A stretch of 64,000 nucleotides of DNA from an uncultured Verrucomicrobiae bacterium (GCA_963765205.1 CAVXVB010000002.1:32001-96000); one strand, 5' to 3'; positions 11,396 to 22,596 are shown, numbered from the stretch's first letter. Translations and numbers: made by a program. The notes: generated by a model not told the origin, from the sequence alone.

Positions 11396-12343
11396 ATGGT
11401 CTATTGCGGGGTTGCCTCGCCAGTGGATTTTTGTCAAAGGTCGGTAGTGAGAATTGCCCCATTCGCAAATCGTATCGTTCGTCAACTGGCGGCGCTGGGT
11501 GCCTGCCTTCTGGCTGGTGTCATGGTTCGCGCTGCGGAGAGTTCTCCTGCGCCAGCGGCGATCCCGACCCCGGCAGCCTCGACGGCAGCCGTCGCGCTGG
11601 CAAATTCGACTTCTACTGCGCCCGGGGCCAGTAAACCAAACACGGCCATCATCGCGGTGCCGCAGCGGACGGAGGATGGGTTGCCGCAGAGCGCCGTCAC
11701 AGCCTACGAGCGGGAGCACGCCGCTTATGCCGCGTTGGCCAAAGCGGGCGGCATTGATGTGTTGTTCCTGGGCGATTCCATCACGGATGGCTGGCATAGC
11801 GTTGGTCAGGCGGTGTGGAAGCAGTATTATGGTTCGCAGAAGGCGGCGAATTTCGGCATCGGCTACGACCGCACGCAGCATGTGTTGTGGCGGCTGCAAA
11901 ACGGCGAGGGCCAAGGTTTTGCGCCCAAGGTGGTGGTGCTATTGATCGGGACGAACAACGCGGGCGTGAACACCAATGAGGAGGCCGCGGCGGGGGTTGG
12001 CGCCGTGGTGGCCGAACTGCGGAAGGATTTTCCCTACGCCAAAATTTTACTGATGGGCATTTTCCCGCGCGGCAATCCCGGCGACGCGGCCCGCCGGCAA
12101 GTCGCCGCCATCAACCAAGTCATTGCCAAGCTTAATGACGGCCGTCATGTATTCTACCTCGATATTTCCGCAAAATTTTTGGACGCGGATGGCAACATGC
12201 TCCCCGGCGTGATGCGCGACGCCCCAAAACTCCACCCCTCCGCCGCGGGCTACACGATTTGGGCCGAGGCGATCAAGGAGCCTCTGGCGAATTTGCTGGC
12301 GGGGCGGCCGGCGTTTGGGGAGTCGGGCATTGCGGCAAAATGA
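11396..12343 (+). CDS. Secreted SGNH/GDSL esterase (start uncertain)
   Basis: FLGDSIT, NFGIGYDRT, LIGTNN and D..LHPS blocks. Confidence 0.9.
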   Translation: MVYCGVASPVDFCQRSVVRIAPFANRIVRQLAALGACLLAGVMVRAAESSPAPAAIPTPAASTAAVALANSTSTAPGASKPNTAIIAVPQRTEDGLPQSAVTAYEREHAAYAALAKAGGIDVLFLGDSITDGWHSVGQAVWKQYYGSQKAANFGIGYDRTQHVLWRLQNGEGQGFAPKVVVLLIGTNNAGVNTNEEAAAGVGAVVAELRKDFPYAKILLMGIFPRGNPGDAARRQVAAINQVIAKLNDGRHVFYLDISAKFLDADGNMLPGVMRDAPKLHPSAAGYTIWAEAIKEPLANLLAGRPAFGESGIAAK

Positions 12344-12347
12344 AGGG

Positions 12348-12755
12348 CTACCCCACGTCAATGTCACAGAGGGAATATAAAAAGAAAATAGAGTACATGT
12401 ATCCGGCAAAAAACACAAAAAACAAAGTGAGTTTCTTTGCTGAATTTGCGTGCCCATCCGTTGCCAATCGAAATGTCTGAAAAAGCAATGCTGATGACAG
12501 TAGCGAAACAGAAAGCCAGCAGAGAAAATCTATTATTCCTGAATCGCCATGATAATGAACCGGTGCCCTTCGCGATATTTCTATGGAATAAAGTTCCAGC
12601 GCGCGATTCCCAAAGATAGAGGCGAAATAGGCGAAGTTCAGCAAGGGCAGGAGCAGACCAAGCCACTGCCTTAAGGTCGGCAATTTATAGAAGGCGGAAG
12701 CACTCATGGCCTGGACAACTACGTCATATCCCCACATGGATGGATTGTTCAACAA
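12348..12755 (-). CDS. Hypothetical small membrane protein, AT-rich
   Basis: About three hydrophobic segments; no recognisable motif; start uncertain. Confidence 0.45.
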   Translation of the reverse strand: MLNNPSMWGYDVVVQAMSASAFYKLPTLRQWLGLLLPLLNFAYFASIFGNRALELYSIEISRRAPVHYHGDSGIIDFLCWLSVSLLSSALLFQTFRLATDGHANSAKKLTLFFVFFAGYMYSIFFLYSLCDIDVG

Positions 12756-12816
12756 AAAATAAGAATTGCCGCGTCCAGCGGAAAAATCCCAGCTTCTAGC
12801 CTCGGTGGATTGGGCC

Positions 12817-13017
12817 TCGCGGAGCTAGGCAGCGAGATTAGCCGGGGGTTTTAACCCCCGGAATGGGTAAGAGGGGAACTGCGTCGCGTCGCGACGCTTG
12901 AAAGAGGCGCATCGTGCATTTGACTGAATTTCAAGCGTCACTACGCGACGCACTGCGGATGGTATTCCGTTTCCGTGGACTGAAGTCTACGGCTATGTTC
13001 GAGTCGTTGCTCCGCGA
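12817..13017. repeat. Nested palindromic (REPIN/cruciform-like) element
   Basis: Outer arms TCGCGGAGC / GCTCCGCGA; hairpins CCGGGGGTTTTAACCCCCGG and CCGTGGACTGAAGTCTACGG; inner arms TGCGTCGCGTCGCGACGCTTGAAA / TTTCAAGCGTCACTACGCGACGCA. Confidence 0.8.
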
Positions 13018-13061
13018 CTTCATGAAAGGCGAGATGCGCATGTATTCATTCTCATTAAAAA

Positions 13062-15549
13062 TCACCCCAGCGTCCCTCGTGTCACACCCAATTGGTTGGT
13101 GGCCTTGAGTTCGCGCCAGAGGTCGGGGCCGTTGATTTCGCCATGGAGGAGTTGGCGGTAGCTATCGAGGGTGCGCGTCACGTCGTCGGCGGATTCGTGC
13201 AGGAATTCGATGCGGAAGGCGGGTGCGCCGAGCGCGGCGAGATGGCGGGCGAATTCCGCGCCGGTTTGCGCGCGGGCGTTGTAGAGCGTGTTGCGGCAGC
13301 CGGCGTCGGCCTTGAGCGTGTGCAGCGCGCCGACGCGGTCGCGCAGGCGCACTTCGCGTGTGTCGCAGGGGCGGCCGCAGTCGCGGTAATCCTTGCCCTT
13401 GGTGAGGAAGGCGCAAAATACGCAATGCTCCATGTGGAAGAGGGGCATGTGCTGGTGAATGGTGATCTCGAACCACGTCGGCGGCGCGGCGCGCAGCAGC
13501 GCATCGAGCTGGCGGATGTTCAAGTCGTAGGAGGCGGTCAGCCGCTCCAGCCCGTATTCGGCAATGAAATACTCCGCGGTGAGCGGGTTGACGACATTGA
13601 GGGAAAAATCCCCGCGCCTGCGGTCGTGCTTGAAAAATTCGAGATGGTCGTAATTGCGCACGAGGTAGCCGTCGGCCTCACATGAACGGACTTGTTTCAA
13701 AATCCATTCCTCGCCGGTTTTGAAAATTCTCGGCGGCATGACCCAGATTTCGACGGGTTGGCCGTCGAGTGGCGGGAGCGCGCGGATGAATTTCACGGCG
13801 TCGCGGTAGCGTTTGGGGTCTTCAAATTCGGCGTAGATCGTGCGTGGCGACCGCGGCGGCGGCTTCCAGTTGCGCCATCGTGCGTATGACGAGGATGAGT
13901 TCGGGTTCGGCGGTTGGTGATGCGGTGCGCGGTAGGGACGCCTCTCCGAGGCGTCCGGGTTCGCCTTCGACCGTCTCATTGATGGTCCACCGTTGCGGGG
14001 CGGCGCGCAATTCATCAAGGCGGGTGGCCAATTCGCGGCGCAGGCGGTTGGTCTCGCTCACGGGCAAAATGACGGCGCCTTCGACGCGAAAATCCAAATC
14101 CGCCAGCGCGAGCGGCGTGCCGCCGAGGCGGTCCAGTTGCGCGCGCAAACTTTCCTTGGTCAGGGGCTGGTTGGTGGCCGGTTGCAACGGCACAGTGGAA
14201 TCCATCCGTGCCTCGCGCCCATGGGCATCGCGGATTTCCAGCGTCAGCGGCGCGCCGGCGTGGCCGTGCGCGGCGAACCAGACCGGCTCGCGGCGGCGCG
14301 ATTGTTCGCCGGTGAAGGTTGCGCGAATTTTTTTTTCGAGGGCGGGGTCGCTGGTTTTCCAGACGCGCTGGCCAGGGCGCACGCGGTCGAAATTCACCCG
14401 CGCCGGGTCAAAGCTTAACGCGGTTTCACCGTTTTTGGTTTTGAGGGTGAAGATGCGACCGCCCTCCTCGCCCTCGTCGGGCCGGCCGGCGTCGAAGACG
14501 ACGCCGTCGCCCGCCTTGACCGGCGCGGCGGGGCGCAGCCAGACGACGGGCGCGGTGACGCGGGCGACCTCGCCCAGATACACGCCGCGCTTTGTGCCGA
14601 AGCGCGCGTGGACGAGTTTTTGGTTGTCAATGCCGCCAAGCCAGCCGGTGAAGAGGCCGCGTGAAAAACTCATTTCCAAATCATAGCGCGTGTCGCGCGT
14701 GATTTGCCCGGCGACCGCACCCGCCTGCGCGGGCGGGCTGGCGGCCAGCTTATCAATCGCCTGGCGATAGACGCGGGTGACGTTGGCGACGTATTCCGGC
14801 GTTTTCAGCCGGCCTTCGATTTTGAGCGACGCGACGCCGGCGCGCGCCAACTCGGGCAAAACTTCCAAGCCCGACAAATCCTGCGGGCTGAGCAGGTAGC
14901 GCCGGTCGCCCAGCTCGACTTTTTCACCGTCGGCGATGAGGTCGTAAGTCATGCGGCAGGCCTGCGCGCACTCGCCGCGGTTGGCGGAGCGCCCGCCGAG
15001 AGCCTCGCTGGTCAGACACTGCCCCGAATACGCGACACAGAGCGCGCCATGGACAAAGACCTCGAGCGGCACGGCCACCGGCGAACTGGCGTGAATTTTT
15101 TCGATCTCCGCAATCGAGCACTCACGCGCGAGCACGACCAGCGACGCCCCGAGCTTATGCGCGAAGGCCACGCCCGCCGCGCTCGTCACGGTCATCTGCG
15201 TCGAGGCATGGATGGGAAAATCCGGCGACAGGCGGCGAATCAGCCGCGCGATGCCGATGTCCTGCACGATGAGAGCGTCCGCGCCGGCGCTGATGATGGC
15301 ACGCAACGAGCGCTCGGCGTCGGCCAGTTCATCGGTGAAAATGAGCGTATTGAAGGTCACATAGCCGCGCACGCCGTGGCGGTGAAGGTAGGCCATCAAC
15401 TCCGGCAAATCCGCCTCGGTGAAATTAGCCGCGCGCAGGCGGGCATTGAAGCGCCCCAGGCCGAAATAAATCGCGTTCGCGCCGTTTTCGACGGCGGCGC
15501 GCGCGCAATCCCAATTGCCGGCAGGCGATAGCAGGTCAAGGCCAGACAT
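13062..15549 (-). CDS. rlhA: Peptidase U32 family Fe-S protein (RlhA-like 23S rRNA hydroxylation protein), frameshift near 13845
   Basis: LLSPAG, IHASTQM, LEVFVHGALCVAYSGQC, SANRGECAQACR, LKIEGRLK. The C-terminal half (IYAEFEDPK...MEHCVFCAFL...CGRPC) is in an adjacent frame. Confidence 0.8.
13930..13957 (+). repeat. GTAG-type REP-like palindrome, copy inside the U32 CDS
   Basis: CGGTAGGGACGCCTCTCCGAGGCGTCCG, identical to 56758-56785 and to the reverse complement of 58585-58612. Confidence 0.9.
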
Positions 15550-15557
15550 GTTTCTAT

Positions 15558-15648
15558 TTCACCGCAAAGCCGCCAAGAACGCAAAGGGGAAAGATTCGTT
15601 CATCAAAAACACTTCTTTGCTTTGCGACCTTGGCAGCTTTGCGGTGAA
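15558..15648. repeat. Palindromic intergenic repeat (TTCACCGCAAAG family), copy B
   Basis: 29 bp inverted arms at 15558-15586 and 15620-15648 (26/29 match). Confidence 0.85.
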
Positions 15649-15681
15649 GATTCCTGACTCTGTCACGTATGGTTGAACAAT

Positions 15682-17286
15682 TTATTCCGCAATCAAACTC
15701 TGGCCGGTCATGGCGGCGGGCTGGGGGAGGCCCATCAGGCGCAGGAGGGTCGGCGCGAGGTCGGCCAGGCGGCCGGGTGGCTGCTGGCGCAGTTGCAAGC
15801 CTTGCAGGCCGTGGCCGTAAACCACAACTTCCACCGGGTTGAGCGTGTGTCGTGTATGCGGGCCGTTGGATTCGAAGTCCCACATCTGGTCCGCGTTGCC
15901 GTGGTCGGCGGTGATGACGGCCGCACCGCCCACCTCGTCGAGCGCGGCAAGCAAGTCGCCCAGGCAGGCGTCCACCGTCTCGCAGGCCTTGATGACGGCG
16001 GGCAGCGAGCCGGTGTGGCCGACCATGTCGGGGTTGGCAAAATTAACGACGATCAGGCCGTATTTTTTGCTCAGGATGGCGGCGCGGGCGGCGTCGCGCA
16101 CGCCGAAGGCGCTCATCTCGGGCTGCTGGTCGTAGGTGACAAGCGGTTCGCCGTTGGGCAGCAACTTGGGCGAGGGGATGATGGCGCGCTCCTCGCCGGG
16201 GAACGGCTCTTCGCGGTAGTCGTTGAAGAAAAAGGTGACGTGCGGAAACTTCTCCGTCTCCGCGCAGCGGAACTGCGGGATGCCCTGGGCGGCGACATAG
16301 GCGCCGAGGATGTCGGGCATTTTCGGCGGCTTCTCGAAGAGCACGTTTGGGCAGAGGCCTTCCTCGTAATTGGTCATCGTCGCGTAGTAAAGGCCGAGCT
16401 TGGGGCCGCGGTCGAAGCCTTTGAAATTGTCGTCGGTGAAGGCGCGGGTGATTTCGCGCGGGCGGTCGCCGCGAAAGTTGAAGAAGATGACGCCGTCGCC
16501 GTTTTTCACGACCGCCACGGGTTTGCCGTCCGCGCCGACGATTTGAGTGGGGAGGACAAATTCGTCGCCCTTCATGGTTTCCTGCGCGGGGTGGTCGTAG
16601 TAGGCCTGCACGGCGGAGGCGGCGCGGGGGGCAGAGCGTTCGACCTTGCGGCCGGTGAGAGCGTCATAGGCTTTTTGCACGCGGTCCCAGCGTTTGTCGC
16701 GGTCCATTGCCCAATAGCGGCCGGTGACGCTGGCGATTTTGCCGACGCCGATTTCGGCGCATTTTTTCTCGAGCTGCTGGATATAGCCGAGGCCGGCGGT
16801 TGGCGGGCTGTCGCGCCCGTCCATGAAGGCGTGGATGAAGACGCGCTTGAGGCCGGCTTTTTTGGCGAGTTCGAGCAGGGCGTAAAGATGTTCGAGCATC
16901 GAGTGGACGCCGGCGTCGGAGACCAAGCCCATCAAGTGCAGCGCGCCGCCTTTTTTCTCGCGGTCGAACGCAGCCTTCATGACCGGCGAGGACGCGATGG
17001 AGCCGGTGGCAAAGCCCTTGTCAATGCGCACGAGTTCCTGGTCCACGATGCGCCCGGCGCCGATGTTCTGGTGGCCGACTTCGCTGTTGCCCATGACGCC
17101 TGGCGGCAGGCCGACATCCAGCCCGCAGGCGAGGATTTCCGTGCGCGGCCACTCGGCGGTCAGGCGGCGCGAGACGGGCGCGTTCGCGAGCTTGACGGCG
17201 TTGCAGGCATCGTGCGCTGGGTTGTGATTGGACCCCCAGCCGTCACGGATGACGAGGAGGACGGGCTTGTAGGCGGGAAGGGTCAT
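15682..17286 (-). CDS. gpmI: 2,3-bisphosphoglycerate-independent phosphoglycerate mutase
   Basis: [60 protein letters not shown] and TADHGN motifs. Confidence 0.97.
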   Translation of the reverse strand: MTLPAYKPVLLVIRDGWGSNHNPAHDACNAVKLANAPVSRRLTAEWPRTEILACGLDVGLPPGVMGNSEVGHQNIGAGRIVDQELVRIDKGFATGSIASSPVMKAAFDREKKGGALHLMGLVSDAGVHSMLEHLYALLELAKKAGLKRVFIHAFMDGRDSPPTAGLGYIQQLEKKCAEIGVGKIASVTGRYWAMDRDKRWDRVQKAYDALTGRKVERSAPRAASAVQAYYDHPAQETMKGDEFVLPTQIVGADGKPVAVVKNGDGVIFFNFRGDRPREITRAFTDDNFKGFDRGPKLGLYYATMTNYEEGLCPNVLFEKPPKMPDILGAYVAAQGIPQFRCAETEKFPHVTFFFNDYREEPFPGEERAIIPSPKLLPNGEPLVTYDQQPEMSAFGVRDAARAAILSKKYGLIVVNFANPDMVGHTGSLPAVIKACETVDACLGDLLAALDEVGGAAVITADHGNADQMWDFESNGPHTRHTLNPVEVVVYGHGLQGLQLRQQPPGRLADLAPTLLRLMGLPQPAAMTGQSLIAE

Positions 17287-17293
17287 AAGGAAA

Positions 17294-17328
17294 GGCAGAA
17301 TGTAGAAGGTAGAATGAAGAATGCAGAA
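17294..17328 (+). repeat. Heptamer tandem repeat (NGNAGAA x5)
   Basis: GGCAGAA TGTAGAA GGTAGAA TGAAGAA TGCAGAA. Confidence 0.75.
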
Positions 17329-17363
17329 TGAAAACCAAAATCGGGGCGTCGGAAAGGGTGGAT

Positions 17364-17729
17364 TCAAGTGGTCGGGAGGTCGTTTCCGGGCAACGGCGGA
17401 GGCAGATGGGGGGTGACGCGGCGGCGCAGGAGGTCAATGAGTTCGGGTTGCATGAAGCCGTATTCGTCGGGGATATCCAGGCAGATGATGCGCTGGTCTT
17501 TCAGATAAGGCCGGAATTTTTGCGCGAGGCGGCGGCGGTGCGTTTTTTCCATGACGAAGATGAGGTTTGCCCAGGTGAGCAGTTCGGGCGTGACCTCGAC
17601 CTCGGCTCGGTGGTCGGTGCCCGCCGAAGCAACTTCAATGCCCGGCCAATCCGTAAACACGTTTTCCGCCGTCGGGCTGCGCTGGCGGTTGGCACTGCAG
17701 ATGAAGAGAACGTGCTTTGGCTCGAGCAT
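17364..17729 (-). CDS. Low-molecular-weight protein-tyrosine phosphatase family protein
   Basis: [16 protein letters not shown]-loop (CX5R) and CLDIPDEY. Confidence 0.9.
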   Translation of the reverse strand: MLEPKHVLFICSANRQRSPTAENVFTDWPGIEVASAGTDHRAEVEVTPELLTWANLIFVMEKTHRRRLAQKFRPYLKDQRIICLDIPDEYGFMQPELIDLLRRRVTPHLPPPLPGNDLPTT

Positions 17730-17836
17730 GGCAGAGAGAAAATAACCCAAAACCGAACTTTGTAAACACCGGCTGACACCTGCCTTTGGGCTTGCCTGAC
17801 GAGCCGGGAAGGATTTAACTCACCCTTCCGACCTAT

Positions 17837-17913
17837 GGGGGCATAGCTCAGTTGGCTAGAGCGCATCCTTGACATGGATGAGGTCACAGGTTCGAGCCCT
17901 GTTGCTCCCACCA
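17837..17913 (+). tRNA. tRNA-Val(GAC)
   Basis: GGGGGCA/TGCTCCC acceptor stem, anticodon arm CATCC-TTGACAT-GGATG, TTCGAG T-loop, encoded CCA. Confidence 0.97.
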
Positions 17914-18125
17914 GTTTCCGCAAGTAAGAATTAGGAATTAAGAATTAAGAAAGCAAGGCCGGCAGAGGACTAAAACCTTTCCGGTGGAATTTTCCGGCTA
18001 TTTGTTTCGTCATTCATCATTCGTGATTTGATAATTTCGCCCGCGCATCCCCATCCGCGGCTTGCTTCGCGCCACTGGATTCTCTACGTTCATCGTTCCG
18101 CGCCTGTCTTGGCGCGCTTCTCCTT

Positions 18126-19364
18126 ATGGCCCACCTCAACGATCATTTTTTCAAACTCAAGGCCGGTTACCTTTTTCCGGAAATCGGCCGGCGGGTGAAG
18201 GCTTTTTGCGAGGCCCACCCGGCCGCCGCCCCGCGCGTCATCCGCTGCGGCATTGGTGACGTTACCGAGCCGCTGCCACCCGCCGTCATCGCGGCCCTGC
18301 ATCAAGCCGTGGACGAGATGGCCGTGCGTGAGACCTTCAAGGGTTACGGCCCGGAGCAGGGCTACGAGTGGCTGCGCCAGGCCATCGCGCAACATGATTT
18401 CCGCAGCCGCGGGCTGGACATCGCCGACGACGAGATTTTTGTCAGCGACGGCTCGAAGTGCGATTGCGGCAACATCCTCGACATCCTCGGCGCGAAAAAC
18501 AAACTCGGCATCAGCGACCCGGTGTATCCCGTGTATGTGGACACGAACGTCATGGCCGGCCACACCGGCGAGGCGAACGCGGCGGGCCGCTACGGCAAAA
18601 TCACCTACCTGCCCTGCACGGCGGCCAACGGCTTCATGCCCGCGCCGCCCGCGAAGCCGCTCGACGTCGTTTACCTCTGCTCGCCGAACAACCCGACCGG
18701 GGCCGCCGCCACGCGCGCGCAGCTCGAGGCCTGGGTGCAATACGCCCTCGCGCACAAAACGCTGCTGCTGTTCGACGCCGCCTACGAGGCCTACATCACC
18801 GACCCGGCGTTGCCGCATTCGATTTACGAAATCCCCGGCGCGCTCGAATGCGCAATTGAGTTCCGCAGCTTTTCCAAAAACGGCGGTTTCACCGGTCTGC
18901 GCTGCGCGTTCACCGTGGTGCCCCATACGCTTCTCGCGCAGACCAAGGCCGGCGAGTTCAAGCCGCTGCATCCGCTCTGGCTCCGGCGCACGACGACGAA
19001 GTTCAACGGCGTGAGCTATATCGTGCAGCGCGCCGCCGCGGCGCTTTATTCGCCCGAGGGCCAGGCGCAGGTGCGCGCGCTCGTCACGCATTATCTGGGC
19101 AACGCGCAGGTCTTGCGCGAGGGGGCGCGGCGCGCGGGACTGAAAGTGTTCGGCGGCGTGAACGCGCCGTATATCTGGGTGCGCACGCCCAAGGGTGTCA
19201 CCAGTTGGGCGGCGTTCGACAAAATTTTGCAGGAAGCCAACGTGGTCATCACGCCGGGCAGCGGATTTGGCGCGAAGGGCGAGGGCTATTTCCGCATCAG
19301 CGCCTTCAACAGCCGCGCGAACGCCGAGGAAGTCGCCCGCCGCCTGCCGGAATTGAAGTGGTAA
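18126..19364 (+). CDS. dapL: LL-diaminopimelate aminotransferase
   Basis: [50 protein letters not shown] and [13 protein letters not shown] motifs. Confidence 0.97.
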   Translation: MAHLNDHFFKLKAGYLFPEIGRRVKAFCEAHPAAAPRVIRCGIGDVTEPLPPAVIAALHQAVDEMAVRETFKGYGPEQGYEWLRQAIAQHDFRSRGLDIADDEIFVSDGSKCDCGNILDILGAKNKLGISDPVYPVYVDTNVMAGHTGEANAAGRYGKITYLPCTAANGFMPAPPAKPLDVVYLCSPNNPTGAAATRAQLEAWVQYALAHKTLLLFDAAYEAYITDPALPHSIYEIPGALECAIEFRSFSKNGGFTGLRCAFTVVPHTLLAQTKAGEFKPLHPLWLRRTTTKFNGVSYIVQRAAAALYSPEGQAQVRALVTHYLGNAQVLREGARRAGLKVFGGVNAPYIWVRTPKGVTSWAAFDKILQEANVVITPGSGFGAKGEGYFRISAFNSRANAEEVARRLPELKW

Positions 19365-19379
19365 CGCAGAATTCCGCGT

Positions 19380-20606
19380 TCAGCCCTTGCCTTCGAGGAA
19401 CATTTGCAGCGCACCTTGCAGCAGGCCGTGGCAGAGGGGCTGCGCGCGGCGGTCGAGGATTTCGGTTTGGCGGAGGAATTTCGCGTAGGCGGGCGGGGCG
19501 TCGCCGGGAAAGCCGTGGAACCAGGCGGCGAATAGTTCGCGGTTGGCCTGCGCGGCGGTGAGCGGCAGCAGCACGTCGCCGATCAGCGTGTCCAGCCGCG
19601 CGCCCTGCCAGACGTTGGCGAAAACCTCCTGCGCGACATATTTCCGCAGCGCCGTCAATTTGTGCCGCCGGCGAAATGGCCCGGAGTCTTCGACCGCCGT
19701 CGCGCCTTCCGGCCAATCTTTCGCCAGTCGGAGCAACGCCTGCGGCCAATCGGGTTGCGCCGCGACGACTTTCGCATATTGTTCGAGCCGCAGGCGCGGA
19801 TGGTTCGCGGGGCGCAGGCCGGCAAGTTTCCAGCGGCCTTTTTCCTCTTCGAAGAGCAGGCCGGGCAGGGGCGCGTGTCTAGCCCAGGCGGCCAGCGGAT
19901 ATTTCAGCGCCAGGGCCGACATCGGCGGGCGGTTGCGGCGGTAGCCGAGCGCCTCGAGCGTCAACTGGTGGCACGCCTCGGCGAAACCGGCCTGGGCAAT
20001 GCGGTGCGCGGCGAAGGCGCGTTTTTGCCGCCAGCGGTGCAGCGCGCGGTCGAGCAGCCGCGCGAGGCGGTCGGCCGGGGGGCGGCGCAAAAACTCCTCG
20101 AGCGGGCCGAGCGGGTCGCGCCCCTCGGCGGCGAGGAGAGCCTCGTCTGCGGCGTATTCCTCCAAATCACGCTCGAGATGGTCGAGGAGGACGACCTGTT
20201 CGAGCGTCTGGCCCGCGCTGGTGCGCGGCGCCGGCTCGTCCGCCGCGGGCGGAAACAGCAGCACATGCAGGGCGACGCCCGCGTAGTTCGGGTCCCGGCC
20301 GTGGCCGTGGGCGGCCCAATCGCGCGCCTGGAAATGCACCTCGACATCGCCGCGCACGCGCCGGCCGTCGAGTTCCCATTCGCCGCCGTGAAAGTCCGGC
20401 CCCTCCTGCAAATTCCAGCGCCCCGGATGCCGCACGCGCAGCGCGTGGCCCGAGAGGGTGCGCAGGTTCGCGGCGCGATAATCCCTGCGCAGCCAGATCT
20501 TCTGCACCACGCGCTCGGAAACGGTATACGGCCCATACCAGCCCTGCATTTCGGCCACGATCGGCTCGGCGGGGAATGGCTCGGCCACGGCAAACGGCGT
20601 GCTCAT
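19380..20606 (-). CDS. DUF2851-like protein of unknown function
   Basis: ERVVQKIW, PGRWNLQEGPDF, GDVEVH, W..HGH..DPNY..V.LHV and RPANHPRLRL motifs. Confidence 0.8.
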   Translation of the reverse strand: MSTPFAVAEPFPAEPIVAEMQGWYGPYTVSERVVQKIWLRRDYRAANLRTLSGHALRVRHPGRWNLQEGPDFHGGEWELDGRRVRGDVEVHFQARDWAAHGHGRDPNYAGVALHVLLFPPAADEPAPRTSAGQTLEQVVLLDHLERDLEEYAADEALLAAEGRDPLGPLEEFLRRPPADRLARLLDRALHRWRQKRAFAAHRIAQAGFAEACHQLTLEALGYRRNRPPMSALALKYPLAAWARHAPLPGLLFEEEKGRWKLAGLRPANHPRLRLEQYAKVVAAQPDWPQALLRLAKDWPEGATAVEDSGPFRRRHKLTALRKYVAQEVFANVWQGARLDTLIGDVLLPLTAAQANRELFAAWFHGFPGDAPPAYAKFLRQTEILDRRAQPLCHGLLQGALQMFLEGKG

Positions 20607-20718
20607 GCCGCCAGTATTCCGTATGCATCCGTCCGTTTCCAGCCTAAAGAGGCGCGTTTTTTGGAGACGGAAAAGAGGAACTCGCGCAGAGGCGCAGAGC
20701 CGCAAAGAAAACCGAAAG

Positions 20719-21216
20719 CTACGGTTTGGCTTGCTGCCGCTTGATTCGTTCCAGAATTTCCCGGTCTTCCACATCGCGGGCGCGATACGAACGTTTCAGC
20801 TTGAGCATCAAGTCCAAGTTAGCGAAGGGAATTTTCACTCCCTCGACTTCATGCCAAAGAATGTCCTTCGCCGCCTCTTCGTAGGACACACCACACGCTT
20901 TGGTCATCAGGTCCACAGTCACCTCATCGAACACTCGCACCACAACCACCGCGGCCATGTCTTCGTCCGGGCCTAGTTCCTTGATGGCTTGATCCGGCAG
21001 GATTTCCAACGCCTGGCGCACGCGGCTTTGGTTGGGCCGGTCGCTGGCGATGAGAAAATCAATATCCTGGGTGGCGCGATTGACCCCGTGGTGGTTGACG
21101 GCAAAGCCGCCCACCACGATATATTTTGCCCCCAGCCGGTTCAATTCCCGGGCGAGGGCGACGAGGTCGTCGTTGGTGGGCGAGCGGCTCGGAAGGTTCG
21201 GTGTTTCCATGTCCAT
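20719..21216 (-). CDS. Pol-beta-fold minimal nucleotidyltransferase
   Basis: YIVVGGFAVNHHG..RATQDIDFL and terminal KLK...RARDVED motifs. Confidence 0.85.
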   Translation of the reverse strand: MDMETPNLPSRSPTNDDLVALARELNRLGAKYIVVGGFAVNHHGVNRATQDIDFLIASDRPNQSRVRQALEILPDQAIKELGPDEDMAAVVVVRVFDEVTVDLMTKACGVSYEEAAKDILWHEVEGVKIPFANLDLMLKLKRSYRARDVEDREILERIKRQQAKP

Positions 21217-21374
21217 TCTTCACATTCCTCGAAAGATTTAAACCCCTTGGCCGTGCGCGGCTGGGAGAAACTGCCGGCGCCGAGTTCGCTGGTCATGCGC
21301 TGCAGTTTCACAAAGCGATCCCACGACGTGCCTTTCAGCCGTCCGACGACCCTCATGCCCTCCGTGGTTTCCAT
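21141..21374 (-). CDS. Small hypothetical protein overlapping the nucleotidyltransferase (possible partner)
   Basis: 77 aa, GFKSFEECEEW motif, 3' end overlaps the NTase start. Confidence 0.6.
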   Translation of the reverse strand: METTEGMRVVGRLKGTSWDRFVKLQRMTSELGAGSFSQPRTAKGFKSFEECEEWTWKHRTFRAARPPTTTSSPSPGN

Positions 21375-21555
21375 GCTCCAACCCTAGCCCGCGTCGGCGG
21401 CCGCGTCAAGCCCGGGCCGGGTGCTTTCGCGGTGCTTCCGCGCGTGTTTTTGGAGGCGGAGAAGAGGAACTCGCGCAGAGCCGCAGAGAAAGCGGAAAGA
21501 AGAAAGCGCTTTTTTGAGGGTTGCCGGAGTATGGGGGTGCATTAAGGCAAGCGCT

Positions 21556-22473
21556 CTATTTTTTCCTGAGAGCATAAATTGTAGCGATCACAAAAAGGAT
21601 TGCCATAAGGCCAATCCAGGGGGTAAGCTGCGAAATTGGTGTTGGCTCTGATATGAAGTTTGGCCCGGCTTTCGAGGAGACAGAAGTTGGAGGCGTGCTT
21701 GCATCAGTCGTCACTTGATTTGAGGAAACCATAGGTGTTGGCTGGGTATTACTGCTGTCTCTGGTGACGTTCAGTTCTTTCATCGCCGCCTCCGACCGTG
21801 CTAGTGCAACCGGATTAACAGGAGGATTTTGGCTTGGTTCATCCGAAGGCGGATCCATCGAGAAATTTTCGTAACCGGGCGGGGGCTTGATCGGTTCAGT
21901 CAAGAATTCCATTTTACCATCGGCAACCGGCCATGTTAATTCAACTGTCACACGCGTAGGTGCATCTTTGACCGGTAAGGAAAAATCACCAAAAATTGAT
22001 ACGTTTATTCCTCCCTTTTTAGCATCCAAATTAAATGCTGGCTTAACGTAAACACTGCTATCGAGCTTTGAAATGAAATCGTCGAATTCTGCTACGGGGA
22101 TGTCCACTGACTGGCAAATATTGTGAACTTGCTGATCACTGTGAACTACAGAAGGAAAATCTTAAAGTTGTATTGCCAGGGGATACTATTTTTACAATGC
22201 ATATTGAAAGTGCTGATATAGAAGTATTGGCTCAAAATCGGCTTTACCGGATCGATTTTATCAGTCCGATCATGACTCAAGATGCCGCAGCCCAGCAAGT
22301 CCCAAATAACGCCTTGGTCTCAAACCCGCGTCAAAAATTGCCTTGAGGTTGTCACTATTGCTGAAATCAACGGTGTATTGCGTGGGTGCATTTTCGCCCT
22401 CCACGACTGAACGCATAAGTGTTGCAGCTACGATGGCCGCAAATTTTAGCAGAGAATGTTTTGCCACATGCAT
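21556..22473 (-). pseudogene. Disrupted exported protein with a C-terminal TM anchor, AT-rich
   Basis: ORFs 22270-22473 (signal-like) and 21556-22107 (S/T/P linker, TM, RKK tail) share a frame. The interval has several stops in that frame but about 43 open codons in a neighbouring frame. Confidence 0.55.
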
Positions 22474-22596
22474 ATTATTCGATTCAAATTAAATCTTTGT
22501 TTGCTCATAGGCAATAGCGACTAAACGGAAGAGGAATGGCTTTTTTAGGTTGCCGGGGGATGTGGGGAAGGGCTTACATCGAAAAGAATCTTGCCC

